64,000 nucleotides of DNA from Candidatus Omnitrophota bacterium. Its GTDB lineage: Bacteria > Omnitrophota > Gorgyraeia > Zapsychrales > JANLHA01. Made by a program: the position numbers and the translations under genes. The stretch spans positions 41,514 to 105,513 of the forward strand of contig JACKFJ010000004.1 in assembly GCA_020632535.1 (NCBI GenBank), in the 5' to 3' direction. The number at the start of each line of letters is the position of its first letter. Within the stretch, counting starts at the first letter, position 1. Below, piece by piece: positions 9,876-22,348 of the stretch. Under the pieces are notes generated by a model, which searched no databases, was not told where the DNA came from, and saw nothing but the letters and a program-made list of their open reading frames with translations.

Positions 9876-10808
9876 TCACAATTTCTCAGCGACCCGTAAA
9901 CGCGCACTGCGGCTACGCGGATTAACATGCTCTTCTTCCAAACTCACAGACAAAGGCTTTTTCAAAACGAGTTGAAGCTCACCAGACTGAGCTAAAACAC
10001 GAAACTTATTCTTAACGATCCGATCTTCCAGAGAATGAAAGGAAATAATGCAGATACGACCCTGTGGTTTTAAATATGGAACGATCTTGCTTAAAGCTAT
10101 ATCTAACGATTCCAATTCTCGGTTAACGGCAATCCGGAACGCTTGAAAAGTCCTCGTCGCTGGATGAATTTTTTGCCACTTTTGACCCGAGGGAATCGAT
10201 TTCAGGACTATATCTGATAAATCCTTCGTCGTTTCAATAGGACGAATAGAACGCTCTTGCACGAGACGACGAGCAATGCGATTATGCCATCGCTCCTCAC
10301 CATAATCTTTCAAAATCAATGACAGCTCTTTTTCCGAGAGAGAATTAATTAAATCATACGCGGAAAGCCAACTGTCTTGATCCATACGCATATCTAAAGG
10401 ACCATTAGCTTTTATACTAAATCCACGCTGTTCATTGTCAAGTTGGAAACTTGAAATTCCAAGATCAAGCAAGATCCCGTCGACACTTTGGATATTAAGT
10501 CCCTCAAGAACGCGATCAATATTACGAAAATCGTCTTGAACAAAAATAACACGTCCCTCAACACTAGACAAATTTTTCTTTGCTGTCTCAAGAGACTGGC
10601 GATCGCGATCAATCGCAATGATTTTTCCCGTCGGTCCGACTTGCTCTGCCAATAAACGAGTATGTCCGCCCATACCGAGAGTGCCATCAACACAGCATCC
10701 GCCTGCCGGTAAACGCATATATTCGGTAATTTCTTTATGCATAACTGGAATATGTGCGGCTTGTTCTTCCATACTTTTTTTAATCTCTTCCCACGCAAAT
10801 TGAACCAT
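9876..10808 (-). CDS. rsmH: 16S rRNA (cytosine1402-N4)-methyltransferase RsmH/MraW
   Basis: RsmH-like sequence (HIPVM..E, GTLGMGGHT). It is the second gene of the dcw cluster, after mraZ. Confidence 0.9.
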   Translation of the reverse strand: MVQFAWEEIKKSMEEQAAHIPVMHKEITEYMRLPAGGCCVDGTLGMGGHTRLLAEQVGPTGKIIAIDRDRQSLETAKKNLSSVEGRVIFVQDDFRNIDRVLEGLNIQSVDGILLDLGISSFQLDNEQRGFSIKANGPLDMRMDQDSWLSAYDLINSLSEKELSLILKDYGEERWHNRIARRLVQERSIRPIETTKDLSDIVLKSIPSGQKWQKIHPATRTFQAFRIAVNRELESLDIALSKIVPYLKPQGRICIISFHSLEDRIVKNKFRVLAQSGELQLVLKKPLSVSLEEEHVNPRSRSARLRVAEKL

Positions 10809-10835
10809 ATTTTTCTACCTTTAGCATTATACGTA

Positions 10836-11270
10836 TTACGAAATCATGTTTTCAGCGATCTGTTCAAACGTTTCACTCGACGTAGCATAAAAAGCCTGCC
10901 AACTCTTTGTGTCCCAAATTTCAATACGATTGGAAATTCCAATAACAATGGCATCTTTCTTAACATTCGCGTAATCTTTTAAATATTGCGGAATAATAAA
11001 GCGCCCCTGCTTATCAGGCGCAACAGAAATAGCTCCGGAAAAAAACAGACGATTAAAGCTTCGAGATTCTTGTTTTGTAAACGGAAGATTTTTAAATTTC
11101 TGTTCCTGCAAACGCCATTCCTCCTCGGTAAACATAAAAAGACATTTATCTAATCCACGTGTAATAAAGAACTTATCAATACCTGATTCCTTACAAATTT
11201 CACGAAAACGCGCCGGAAGGATTAGCCGCCCCTTTCGATCAATGCCATGATTGTATTCACCGTAAAACAT
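10836..11270 (-). CDS. mraZ: Transcriptional regulator MraZ
   Basis: 144 aa with two SpoVT/AbrB-like halves carrying DxxGR motifs (DRKGRLILP, DKQGRFIIP). First gene of the dcw cluster; GAGGGA Shine-Dalgarno upstream. Confidence 0.9.
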   Translation of the reverse strand: MFYGEYNHGIDRKGRLILPARFREICKESGIDKFFITRGLDKCLFMFTEEEWRLQEQKFKNLPFTKQESRSFNRLFFSGAISVAPDKQGRFIIPQYLKDYANVKKDAIVIGISNRIEIWDTKSWQAFYATSSETFEQIAENMIS

Positions 11271-11294
11271 GCAGTTCCCTCAAAAAAGTATTTG

Positions 11295-11320
11295 CTCCAC
11301 TTCAAACCACTCTACTCCAC
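11295..11320 (-). promoter_or_regulatory. Putative MraZ operator: three direct repeats GTGGAG / GTGGTT / GTGGAG at exact 10-nt spacing
   Basis: Minus strand reads GTGGAGtagaGTGGTttgaaGTGGAG (plus-strand ctccac 11315..11320, aaccac 11305..11310, ctccac 11295..11300). It lies 25-50 nt upstream of the mraZ ATG and downstream of the predicted -10. A fourth GTGGAG sits in the promoter spacer (11346..11351). Confidence 0.55.
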
Positions 11321-11330
11321 TACATGCAAC

Positions 11331-11359
11331 ATTCTAGTCACAGCGCTCCACGCTGTCAA
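11331..11359 (-). promoter_or_regulatory. Sigma70-type promoter of the dcw cluster (TTGACA-N17-TAGAAT)
   Basis: Minus strand: TTGACA (11359..11354), 17-nt spacer, TAGAAT (11336..11331). Confidence 0.55.
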
Positions 11360-11529
11360 CAGGAAATTTTACATATTTTCAACACCCACAATAGGTTGTG
11401 GCACAAAGACATTATGGGGCAATACGCAGGGGCATCAACACGATATCTGCGCTCAAACAATGGCAAATTCGTCCCAAATCATGGAACTCACTCTGCCAAT
11501 TCACACAAAATAATGGCAACGCACTACGG

Positions 11530-12465
11530 CTACTTTTTATTTTTAATAAACCATTTGCGAGAAAAAGACTCGTCCTTTTTTAATTGTGTGACGAGAGCTT
11601 CGCGAGAAGGAAAATAAAGTTCATTGCGGATTTTTTGAAGAAACTCAACAACGATGTCTTCCCCATAAAGATTTTGATTGAAATTAAAAATGTGAACTTC
11701 AACATTCAAACAATCTTTATTATGAAATGATGGACGAACACCAACATTACACATGCCTTCTAAAATTTTATTTTTATAACGCACCCGAACCACATACACT
11801 CCCCGTGGTGGAAGAACTTCTCCCGTTGGGACAATATTCGCCGTCGGATATCCTAACGTTTTCCCTCTCTTGTCTCCGAAAACAACTCGACCCCACAACG
11901 AAACTGGTCGACCCAAAATATCCGCAGCTTTTCTCAACTGGCCATTAACAACAAAATCACGAGCCATGGTACTACTAAACTTTTTACGTCCTCTCTCTTT
12001 GGTTTTTAAACTCAAAACCTTAAAATCATTTCTTTTGCCGGCTTGCTCAAAAAATGCAATGGTTCCCGCCCGATCCTGACCAAAACGAAAATCATCGCCC
12101 ACTATAATTTCACGAGGAGAAAAAGGACGCAAAAGATATTTTGCAATAAACTGTTTAGGTGCTAAACGCGAAAATGCCCTTGTGAAACGGACAACCACCG
12201 TTACATCAACACCCATTGCCGCAATTAATTTCAAGCGAAATGGCAACGATACTAAAAGAGGAAGTCGATTCTCAGGACGAAGAACACGAACAGGATGCGG
12301 ATCAAATGTCATCACAATCGCGGTACCACGAATTCTTTTCGCTCGTTCAACCGCTTTACGAATCAAGGCCTGATGACCATAATGCAAACCATCAAAAACA
12401 CCGATAGCAATTACTGGGTTTGGAAATTTTCCGACAACGGCCTTAATGCCACTAAAAATTTTCAT
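11530..12465 (-). CDS. ribF: Bifunctional riboflavin kinase / FMN adenylyltransferase RibF
   Basis: FAD synthetase motif GVFDGLHYGH plus a C-terminal riboflavin kinase domain. The start is either ATG 12465 (MKIFSG) or TTG 12483 immediately after the truB stop. Confidence 0.85.
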   Translation of the reverse strand: MKIFSGIKAVVGKFPNPVIAIGVFDGLHYGHQALIRKAVERAKRIRGTAIVMTFDPHPVRVLRPENRLPLLVSLPFRLKLIAAMGVDVTVVVRFTRAFSRLAPKQFIAKYLLRPFSPREIIVGDDFRFGQDRAGTIAFFEQAGKRNDFKVLSLKTKERGRKKFSSTMARDFVVNGQLRKAADILGRPVSLWGRVVFGDKRGKTLGYPTANIVPTGEVLPPRGVYVVRVRYKNKILEGMCNVGVRPSFHNKDCLNVEVHIFNFNQNLYGEDIVVEFLQKIRNELYFPSREALVTQLKKDESFSRKWFIKNKK

Positions 12466-12483
12466 CACTTTATGAGACGTCAA

Positions 12484-13188
12484 TTATCCCGTCCAATTAC
12501 GAATATGCTTTTCACTTAAATCTTCAAGATTAACAGATTGTTCTATCGTAAACGGCCCGACCTTTGTACGTTCAATTTGCGCAATGCAGGCCACAGAGCC
12601 CAAACGCTCCGCAATGTCCTCCGCGAGCTTACGAACATATGTGCCTTTTGAACATTCAAGATAAAATTTAACCCGTGGCATTGCAAAATCAATAAGGTCA
12701 AGCTTATCAATTCGAATCTTACGAGGTTCGCGCGCGACCTCAATTCCCTTGCGAGCCAATTCATAAAGTCTTTTACCACCCATTTTCACCGCAGAAACCA
12801 TAGGCGGAATCTGTTCGGTATCACCAACAAATTCCTTTAAAATATCCTGTATTTGTTGTTGTGTTAAATGTTGAAACGGCAATTCTTGCGTGACCTTTCC
12901 TTGAATGTCAGCTGTCGTCGTTTTTGTTCCAAAAATCATCGTAGCTTTATAAGCTTTATCAAACGCTTCAAATTTTCCAAAAAGCTTCGTAGATTTACCC
13001 AAAAGAATAACCAGCACACCCGTCGCCAAAGGGTCAAGGGTTCCAGAATGTCCAACACGCTTCATCTTAAAAATCCGACGCACACGGGCAACCACGTCAT
13101 GTGAAGTCATCCCAGATGGCTTATTTAAAACGACAATCCCCACTCGCTCCTCTTTACGGACAGCTTCTCTTTTATCAGTCATAATCAT
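12484..13188 (-). CDS. truB: tRNA pseudouridine55 synthase TruB
   Basis: KPSGMTSHD and GHSGTLDP (catalytic Asp) motifs. The start overlaps the upstream stop (ATGA). Confidence 0.9.
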   Translation of the reverse strand: MIMTDKREAVRKEERVGIVVLNKPSGMTSHDVVARVRRIFKMKRVGHSGTLDPLATGVLVILLGKSTKLFGKFEAFDKAYKATMIFGTKTTTADIQGKVTQELPFQHLTQQQIQDILKEFVGDTEQIPPMVSAVKMGGKRLYELARKGIEVAREPRKIRIDKLDLIDFAMPRVKFYLECSKGTYVRKLAEDIAERLGSVACIAQIERTKVGPFTIEQSVNLEDLSEKHIRNWTG

Positions 13189-14156
13189 GGCTTTTTATTT
13201 AAAACTTTCTTAAGTTGGCTTAAAATACTTTCCTTGGCTTTAACAATATTCCCATCAATCACACAGCCGCTAGCTCGCGTATGCCCGCCGCCGTCAAAAA
13301 TCGCGGCCAAACGAGCCACATTAACTCTGCCCTGCGATCGAAAATTAGCTCGAGTTTTATTTTTTCCATGCTCCGTTAAAATAATGATAACTTCCGCACC
13401 TTTGATAGCCCGCAAATAACGAAAAATTTTATCACGCAAATCAAACTCTTCAGAAAATTTCTTCATCAAATTGTTCTGTAAAGCAATATAAATCACTTCG
13501 CCACCAAAATAAGAATGGAAACTACTAACAATCTTTGTAAAGTACATTAGGTCGGTAAGTGGAACTGTTTCATAGAGACGCTGATAATAAGTGTTAACAG
13601 GAATGTCAAACTTAAGAAGACGACTAACAACTTCATGTGTGCGACTGGTCGTGTTTTCATACCGAAATGAGCCTGTATCCGTCATAATTCCCAAATAAAG
13701 CAAAGCCGCGATTTTCTTATTGATTTTAAAATGCGCCGCTTCAAAAAGATCAAAAATAACCTCTGCCGTTGAAGAAGCCTTTGGAACAACATGATTGATC
13801 GTTCCAAAAGAATCATTCGTAATATGGTGATCAATGTTGATTAATGGTTTTTTGGGATCTAAAATTTTCTGAATCGGCCCTACGCGCGCCAAATCGCCAC
13901 AATCCACAACTATGGCGGCATCATAATGCACAGCTTTGCTAGTATTGACCTTCTTGATCAATTTTGATTCAGGTAAAAACGCGTAGCGAGCAGGAACAAT
14001 ATCTTCGGACAAAACAAAAACTTTCTTCCCCCTAGATTTTAAATATAAAGCAATGGCTAATTGCGACGACAATGCATCGGGATCTGAATTGACATGCGTC
14101 GCAATAATAAAAACTTTATACTTACGAAAAGCTTGTAAAATTGGTGCGAAGCTCAT
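13185..14156 (-). CDS. nrnA: DHH/DHHA1 phosphoesterase (NrnA-like oligoribonuclease / pAp phosphatase)
   Basis: DHH motif (NIDHHITN) and C-terminal GGGH (DGGGHTRASG). Conserved rbfA-DHH-truB neighbourhood. Confidence 0.75.
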   Translation of the reverse strand: MSFAPILQAFRKYKVFIIATHVNSDPDALSSQLAIALYLKSRGKKVFVLSEDIVPARYAFLPESKLIKKVNTSKAVHYDAAIVVDCGDLARVGPIQKILDPKKPLINIDHHITNDSFGTINHVVPKASSTAEVIFDLFEAAHFKINKKIAALLYLGIMTDTGSFRYENTTSRTHEVVSRLLKFDIPVNTYYQRLYETVPLTDLMYFTKIVSSFHSYFGGEVIYIALQNNLMKKFSEEFDLRDKIFRYLRAIKGAEVIIILTEHGKNKTRANFRSQGRVNVARLAAIFDGGGHTRASGCVIDGNIVKAKESILSQLKKVLNKKP

Positions 14157-14170
14157 TGGACTCCAAACTG

Positions 14171-14524
14171 TTAACCAACATTTTCGCCAGCTGCGCGGCG
14201 CTTGATTTCTTCCAAAGTCTGTTCAATACGATCACTGTATTCAATCGTTTTATCATAATAAAACTGAATTTCTGGCGTATAACGCATAACCACACGCTGA
14301 CCAACCAAGCGACGAACAAAACCTCGCGCCTTTTCTAAAGCTTCTTCAACCCCTGCACGATCCTGGCCTAAAAAACTATAAAAAACTTTCGCATGCTGCA
14401 AATCCTTGCTGGTCTCAACACCAGTTATAGTCACAAACTTAAGCCGCGGATCTCGAATTTCTTCAATAAGCATCGTACTGATCTCGCGCTTTATCATTTC
14501 ATTGATTCTCTTAATTCGGTCCAT
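14171..14524 (-). CDS. rbfA: Ribosome-binding factor A
   Basis: 117 aa with RbfA-like sequence (RINEMIKREIS..I..EIRDPRL). Confidence 0.85.
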   Translation of the reverse strand: MDRIKRINEMIKREISTMLIEEIRDPRLKFVTITGVETSKDLQHAKVFYSFLGQDRAGVEEALEKARGFVRRLVGQRVVMRYTPEIQFYYDKTIEYSDRIEQTLEEIKRRAAGENVG

Positions 14525-14592
14525 GCCTAACTCCTTAATATTAAAAACCCTTACACCAATAAACTCAACCTAAAGCGTGCTACGGGACTATG

Positions 14593-15861
14593 CTAATTCT
14601 TAAAAAGCACAGCACCAAATCGCTTCGCAAAATCAATTTCATCACGATGACTCTTAATTTTGCCGTCAATTTTATTTAAAAGCAAACGATGCAACAGCGC
14701 GCCCATTTTACGTCCGGGCTTACAACCCAAATCCTTAAGATCTTCACCATTAATCGCCAAACTTACCATTCGCCATTTTTTTAAAAATTGATCCAATCGG
14801 CGAGCTACCATATTAACCGAAGTTGTGGCGCGAATAAAGTAAATTATTTCCAAATCGACAGGATCAAGAATCTCATAAATTTCACTCGGTCTTAAGTGTT
14901 TTGTTTGCAAGGCCTTGAGAATTTTTTTGCTCCCTGGCAAATTGATCAAACTCATGAGCTCAGACTTAGTCAAATGAAAATGCTTGGCATAAGAAGATAT
15001 TTGCGTTAAAGTCGCCCTGCTAAAGAAAGCGAGCAAAAATGTCGTTGACCAATCTTTCGAAGAATAAAAATCATCTCTTTTAAGCTTTTTGAGCACTTTC
15101 TCAACCTGACTAAGGGTTCTCCAGTCTGGATTAAACCCAAATTTGATAAAATTCATTCCCTTCAATGACGCCAATCGCCTTAAACCAGTTGTAGGATGCG
15201 CTTCCATAAAGAATTTTCGAAACTCCGCAAAGTACCGTGGCGCCTTAACAGTCTTCTCGACATGAGCCTCAAGAGCTTTCTTCAACAAAGACAAAGTTTT
15301 GAATTCAATTTGAAAACCTAGGCGCGCTTCAAACCGCACCGCACGCAAAATACGAGTCGGATCATCAAGAAAACTTTTCTCATGCAAAACGGATATCTTT
15401 TTTCTCTGTAAATCCTGATATGCACCATAAAAATCCTGTAATTCGCCAAAATTATCTGCACATAAAGCAACCGCCAAAGCATTAATAGTAAAATCGCGAC
15501 GAAAAAGATCTTCCTTAATTGACCCCGGCTTAACAATCGGCAAAGCTCCTGAATTTAAATAGCTCTCGCTACGGGCCGTGGCAAAATCCATAATCACACC
15601 ATTATCAAAAACGACTGTCGCCGTACCAAATTGCTTGTACACTGTAATATGTGCCTTCGCACAACTAGCAATGGCCTTTGCCAATTCAATCGCATTGCCC
15701 TCAACAACAATATCCAAATCCGAACTCGCACGTCCAAGAAGCATATCCCGAACCACACCACCAACAAGATATGCCTTTAAACCTAAATGCTTCGCCTGAA
15801 CACTAACCATTGTCAAATCAGAAAGGGTTTTCTTATTTAAAACTGTTAAATCAATTTTCAT
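14593..15861 (-). CDS. cca: tRNA nucleotidyltransferase (CCA-adding) / poly(A) polymerase family protein
   Basis: Class II nucleotidyltransferase motifs GGVVRD, DLDIVV and RRDFTINA. I did not notice a C-terminal HD domain. Confidence 0.75.
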   Translation of the reverse strand: MKIDLTVLNKKTLSDLTMVSVQAKHLGLKAYLVGGVVRDMLLGRASSDLDIVVEGNAIELAKAIASCAKAHITVYKQFGTATVVFDNGVIMDFATARSESYLNSGALPIVKPGSIKEDLFRRDFTINALAVALCADNFGELQDFYGAYQDLQRKKISVLHEKSFLDDPTRILRAVRFEARLGFQIEFKTLSLLKKALEAHVEKTVKAPRYFAEFRKFFMEAHPTTGLRRLASLKGMNFIKFGFNPDWRTLSQVEKVLKKLKRDDFYSSKDWSTTFLLAFFSRATLTQISSYAKHFHLTKSELMSLINLPGSKKILKALQTKHLRPSEIYEILDPVDLEIIYFIRATTSVNMVARRLDQFLKKWRMVSLAINGEDLKDLGCKPGRKMGALLHRLLLNKIDGKIKSHRDEIDFAKRFGAVLFKN

Positions 15862-15864
15862 TAT

Positions 15865-16752
15865 TTATCCACGAGGGTGAAATTGTTTATGAACTGTTTT
15901 TAATCGATCGCGATCCACATGTGTATAAATTTGTGTCGTTGAAATATCGGCATGCCCAAGCATTTCTTGCACCGAACGCAAATCCGCGCCATGCTGCAAA
16001 AGATGGGTGGCAAACGTATGTCGCAACGTATGCGGTTTAATCACTTTTTGAATATTCGCCTTCTTCGCATATAACTTGATCAATTTCCAAACACATTGTC
16101 GCGTGACTTTCTTCCCCAAACGGCTTAAAAAAAGATCAGACGACATCCGATTCTTTAAGAATTTTGGCCGGACATGATCACAATATTTTTGAATGGCGTC
16201 TCGCGAACGTTTACCAATCGGAATCACGCGTTCTTTACGTCCCTTACCTAAACAACGAACATAGCCAACTTCAAAATTCACGTTCTCAACTTTCAAACCA
16301 ATAAGTTCAGAAACCCTCATACCACTAGCATAAAACAATTCTAAAATCGCATGATCACGAATCAACTGCGGTTTCCTACCTAACGAGGCATTGATGATAG
16401 CATCAACTTCTGACTGCGACAAAACATCCGGCACACGTTTCCATATCTTTGGCGTCTCGACAAGACTCGTAGGATCCATAGGCGCCAAGCGCTCACGCAC
16501 CAAAAAACGATGAAACATTTTGATCGCGGCCAAACTTCGACAAATCGAAGTAGTCGACAAACCATCATCTTTTTGTTTTAAAATAAACTCCGTGATTTGT
16601 TCGCGCTGAGCCTGCTCAATCTTTTTAATTCCACGCTCTTCGAGATTCGTAATATATTTATCCAAATCCCGACGATACGCAATCAAAGTATTATCTGCCA
16701 GCCCACGCTCAACAGATAAATAATTTATAAAATTTTCGATTAAATTTGTCAT
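15865..16752 (-). CDS. xerD: Tyrosine site-specific recombinase XerD (XerC/XerD family)
   Basis: N-terminal LSVERGLADNTLIAYRRDL plus catalytic RHTFATHLL, LGHADISTTQIYTHV. Confidence 0.75.
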   Translation of the reverse strand: MTNLIENFINYLSVERGLADNTLIAYRRDLDKYITNLEERGIKKIEQAQREQITEFILKQKDDGLSTTSICRSLAAIKMFHRFLVRERLAPMDPTSLVETPKIWKRVPDVLSQSEVDAIINASLGRKPQLIRDHAILELFYASGMRVSELIGLKVENVNFEVGYVRCLGKGRKERVIPIGKRSRDAIQKYCDHVRPKFLKNRMSSDLFLSRLGKKVTRQCVWKLIKLYAKKANIQKVIKPHTLRHTFATHLLQHGADLRSVQEMLGHADISTTQIYTHVDRDRLKTVHKQFHPRG

Positions 16753-16760
16753 TACAAATA

Positions 16761-19290
<2,530 letters not shown>

Positions 19291-19560
19291 TTAAATCACA
19301 CGAAAATCTTTAAATGTACCGATACCAGAGAGATAATTAATGTCTTTGTCTTGAATAGAACCGGAAAAGTGATTTTCGAGTTTTTCCATCAAGGCAATAA
19401 TCTTGCTTTTTTCACCTTCGACCATAATTTCAACTCGGCCATCGGTGAGATTTTTGACCCAACCCGTTAATCCCAAATCCATTGAAAAATGCTGTGTTGT
19501 ATAACGAAAACCCACACCTTGGACTATTCCAATATAAAAAATATTCGCGCGAACGTTCAT
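19291..19560 (-). CDS. acyP: Acylphosphatase
   Basis: 89 aa with the signature GIVQGVGFRYTT. Confidence 0.8.
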   Translation of the reverse strand: MNVRANIFYIGIVQGVGFRYTTQHFSMDLGLTGWVKNLTDGRVEIMVEGEKSKIIALMEKLENHFSGSIQDKDINYLSGIGTFKDFRVI

Positions 19561-19562
19561 TT

Positions 19563-19931
19563 TTAAAAAAATCTTAACGTAAAGGGATAACGAAAATGCT
19601 CACCCTTTTTAGCTTTAAATGCCGCGGTGATAATCAGGACAACGTCCGCAATTAAAACACCGATAATTAAAAGAAATCCGATTATAAAAAGACACAACCA
19701 TCCTGAAATGAGCAAAGCAAGCAAAACGGTCATTTGAAAGCTTGCTGATTCTTTGGCATGAGCTTCAACAAACGGCGACTCCCCTCTTTTGATTAGCCAA
19801 ATCAAAAGCGGACCCAAGACCGGAACCAGTGGAATCGGAACCAAAGCCAATAAATGCGATAACATGGCCCAATTGCGCTCAATTTCCAAATTTGGTTCAA
19901 TTGTAACTTCAGTCATGCCAGCTCCTTTCAT
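19563..19931 (-). CDS. DUF4870-like small membrane protein
   Basis: 122 aa with three predicted TM helices. ERNWAMLSHLL and KESASFQ segments resemble the DUF4870 family (assignment from memory). Confidence 0.55.
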   Translation of the reverse strand: MKGAGMTEVTIEPNLEIERNWAMLSHLLALVPIPLVPVLGPLLIWLIKRGESPFVEAHAKESASFQMTVLLALLISGWLCLFIIGFLLIIGVLIADVVLIITAAFKAKKGEHFRYPFTLRFF

Positions 19932-19984
19932 GGAGTAAAGACGTTTCTGAAATGGGAGGGAATTTATGAATAGAAATCAATACT

Positions 19985-20061
19985 TGGTCGGGAAGGTGGG
20001 ATTTGAACCCACGACCTCAACGTCCCGAACGTTGCGCGCTAGCCACCTGCGCTACTTCCCG
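19985..20061 (-). tRNA. tRNA-Pro (anticodon CGG)
   Basis: Minus strand folds as a cloverleaf: CGGGAAG TA GCGC AGGTGGCTA GCGC G CAACG TTCGGGA CGTTG AGGTC GTGGG TTCAAAT CCCAC CTTCCCG A CCA. It has a 7-bp acceptor stem, a TTC loop, anticodon CGG and an encoded CCA. Confidence 0.9.
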
Positions 20062-20144
20062 TTAAAAATTCTCTTTAAAAATTGAAGTTAACAATAAAAC
20101 GAATCCGTATTGTACCATCGACCCAAATACCCGTCAATGGCTTG

Positions 20145-21116
20145 TTATTTCAACCCTAATTGCTTAAATAAACGCGAAGAAGAACGAACATATTGGTCAC
20201 TACTGATCTCCTTTAGCCACTTTTCCTTAAAAAAGGGATCGATTTCAACACGACTATCACCCCAACCTTGTCCCTTCCACATCGGGAATTTATCCCAATT
20301 GCAGTTAATATAACTCACCGCGCGCACATCATTCTCGCGAATAAACGCAAACAAACTCTTATACCAACGATCCCAACGTCTTTGTGAATCAACAGGCACA
20401 TCCAAATTGGGAGAAGCCTCAGCAATAATCAAGGGCTTATGATGCTTACGAGCTAAATCAGCAAACACAGCTGCGTCTTTTCGATTGTACAATGTAAAAA
20501 AACTAACCCCAAACCAGTCAACATAATCGTCACCCGGATACCAATTTAAAAACGGCTTTAAAGAATTTATAACACCGTAAGAATGCCAAATATATGCGAC
20601 ATTATTTACTCCTTGAGCGCGCCAATGATCAACAAGATATCGATACGCTTTTACATAAACTTTCGATTCATATCCGTTTTGTGGTAAATCAAATTCATAA
20701 CCAATACGTAAAAAAACCGGACGGCGCGTTGATTTTAACCATTCCCCAAATCGCTCAATATTATCATCATATTTCCCATCAATAACATCCTGTAAAGTTC
20801 CAACCATGTATAATCCAATTTGCAAAACCGAATCCGGATATTCCTTTAAAAGATAATTCGCGTCCTGAAAACCTGCACCGTGATCCGCCGGTTCTTCAAC
20901 TCCACTTAAAATTTCGATTGAAGTGTAAAACATCACCCCTGCCGGCACAACATTAAGTTCACGGCTATACGCATTTATCGATTCACGGTCTTGACCAACA
21001 AAAAGGAGAATTTTCTTATCTGGAGGAAGAAACCTTGCAGAACCTTGCCCCGCAAAAACTGGGCAACTGATCAAAATAAAAACAATGATTAACAGAAGCT
21101 TTTTTATCACTTTCAA
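20145..21116 (-). CDS. Secreted glycoside hydrolase, GH26-like (clan GH-A)
   Basis: Signal peptide ([22 protein letters not shown]). Blocks resemble GH26: RPVFLRIGYEFD (acid/base Glu region), WYPGDDYVDWFGVSFF and KPLIIAEASP (nucleophile Glu region). TTG start overlaps the fabZ stop (TTGA). Confidence 0.55.
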   Translation of the reverse strand: MKVIKKLLLIIVFILISCPVFAGQGSARFLPPDKKILLFVGQDRESINAYSRELNVVPAGVMFYTSIEILSGVEEPADHGAGFQDANYLLKEYPDSVLQIGLYMVGTLQDVIDGKYDDNIERFGEWLKSTRRPVFLRIGYEFDLPQNGYESKVYVKAYRYLVDHWRAQGVNNVAYIWHSYGVINSLKPFLNWYPGDDYVDWFGVSFFTLYNRKDAAVFADLARKHHKPLIIAEASPNLDVPVDSQRRWDRWYKSLFAFIRENDVRAVSYINCNWDKFPMWKGQGWGDSRVEIDPFFKEKWLKEISSDQYVRSSSRLFKQLGLK

Positions 21117-21547
21117 ACTTCCTTAACACCAAACCCGATCTCCGCTTCAGCAACCACTTTATCTTTGACAAATGCCTGTGCTTTCAAAAAACCAGCCCGC
21201 GCAAGCAATTTTACAGTTGTCACTTCAATTCTTAATTGATCACCGGGAACAACAGGAGTTGTGAATTTGGCTTCCACACGGGCGAGATAATAAATCAAAT
21301 CCTTGCCTTGAAGATTTTTGCTGTAATAAAAATATACACAGCACGCCTGCGCCATGGCTTCGACGATCAAAACACCGGGCATGACTTTTTCTCCCGGGAA
21401 ATGGCCAACAAAAAAAGGCTCATTAATCGAAACATTCTTAAGCGCGACCAATTTCTCATTAGGTCGCAAATCTAAAATTCGATCAATCAAAAGAAATGGA
21501 AAACGATGAGGAATCACTTTCTGAATTTCTAAAATATTCATTTCCAT
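21113..21547 (-). CDS. fabZ: 3-hydroxyacyl-ACP dehydratase FabZ
   Basis: [13 protein letters not shown], catalytic His in [13 protein letters not shown] and Glu in VEAMAQ. Confidence 0.85.
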   Translation of the reverse strand: MEMNILEIQKVIPHRFPFLLIDRILDLRPNEKLVALKNVSINEPFFVGHFPGEKVMPGVLIVEAMAQACCVYFYYSKNLQGKDLIYYLARVEAKFTTPVVPGDQLRIEVTTVKLLARAGFLKAQAFVKDKVVAEAEIGFGVKEV

Positions 21548-21589
21548 AAATAAAACCCTTTCATAGTTTTCGCGGATTCTAACACTTTA

Positions 21590-22342
21590 TTACTTCATCG
21601 TTAGACCGCCATCAACGGTAATAATCTGTCCTGTCATATACGCGGCAGCCGGACTTAACAAAAACTTTACACAGTTGGCCACATCTTCGGCTTCACCAAT
21701 GCGACCAAGGGGAATGCTTTTTAAAATTTCCTCTTTGCGTTTCTCTTCCATCCCGTCAGTAATATCTGTTCTAATCAAACCGGGAGCAATAGCATTCACG
21801 CGTACGCCATAGGGCGAAACTTCCTTGGCTAATGCCTTGGTAAATGCATTCATAGCGCCTTTGCTCGCTGAATAATTGACTTGCCGTGGCAAACCCGTCA
21901 CACCACTAACAGAAGAAATATTTACAATATCCCCATGCCGCTGTTTAAGAAATGTCACAATGCAAGCCCTCGTCGCGTAGAACATACCGTCGAGATTCGT
22001 ATTTGTCACATCCTTCCAATCTTCATCACTCATCATCATCAAGGCTTTGTCACGAACAACGCCGGCATTGTTTATTAGAATATCCAAACGCCCAAATTCT
22101 TCCTTTGTTTTTGCGATCCACGATTTAACCGCAGCGCTGTCTTTAATATCCACACATGTCGCACAACAACGAACTCCCAGAGCCTGAACTTCTTTCTCAA
22201 GAGCGATAGCCAAATCCTGACTTTTTTGAAAATTAAATGCGACATCGCAGCCTTCGCACGCAAGCATAAGAACAATTTCCCGCCCAATGCCTCGCGCCCC
22301 GCCGGTAACGATTGCGACCTTATCTTTTAATAATTTTGTCAT
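21590..22342 (-). CDS. fabG: 3-oxoacyl-ACP reductase FabG-like (classical SDR)
   Basis: TGGARGIG cofactor motif, NNAG, and the catalytic Ser...YSASK triad. Confidence 0.75.
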   Translation of the reverse strand: MTKLLKDKVAIVTGGARGIGREIVLMLACEGCDVAFNFQKSQDLAIALEKEVQALGVRCCATCVDIKDSAAVKSWIAKTKEEFGRLDILINNAGVVRDKALMMMSDEDWKDVTNTNLDGMFYATRACIVTFLKQRHGDIVNISSVSGVTGLPRQVNYSASKGAMNAFTKALAKEVSPYGVRVNAIAPGLIRTDITDGMEEKRKEEILKSIPLGRIGEAEDVANCVKFLLSPAAAYMTGQIITVDGGLTMK

Positions 22343-22348
22343 CTATTC

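Noticed and set aside
9803-9928. N-terminal extensions offered by the ORF track: ftsL to 9928, murD to 3813, nusB to 26623, ribE to 24227, phoU to 36565, pstA to 38227, murG to 1306.
   Set aside because: The extensions start at TTG/GTG codons and overlap the upstream gene. The conserved family N-termini begin at internal ATG codons, several of which have good Shine-Dalgarno sequences (e.g. phoU AGGAGAGG).
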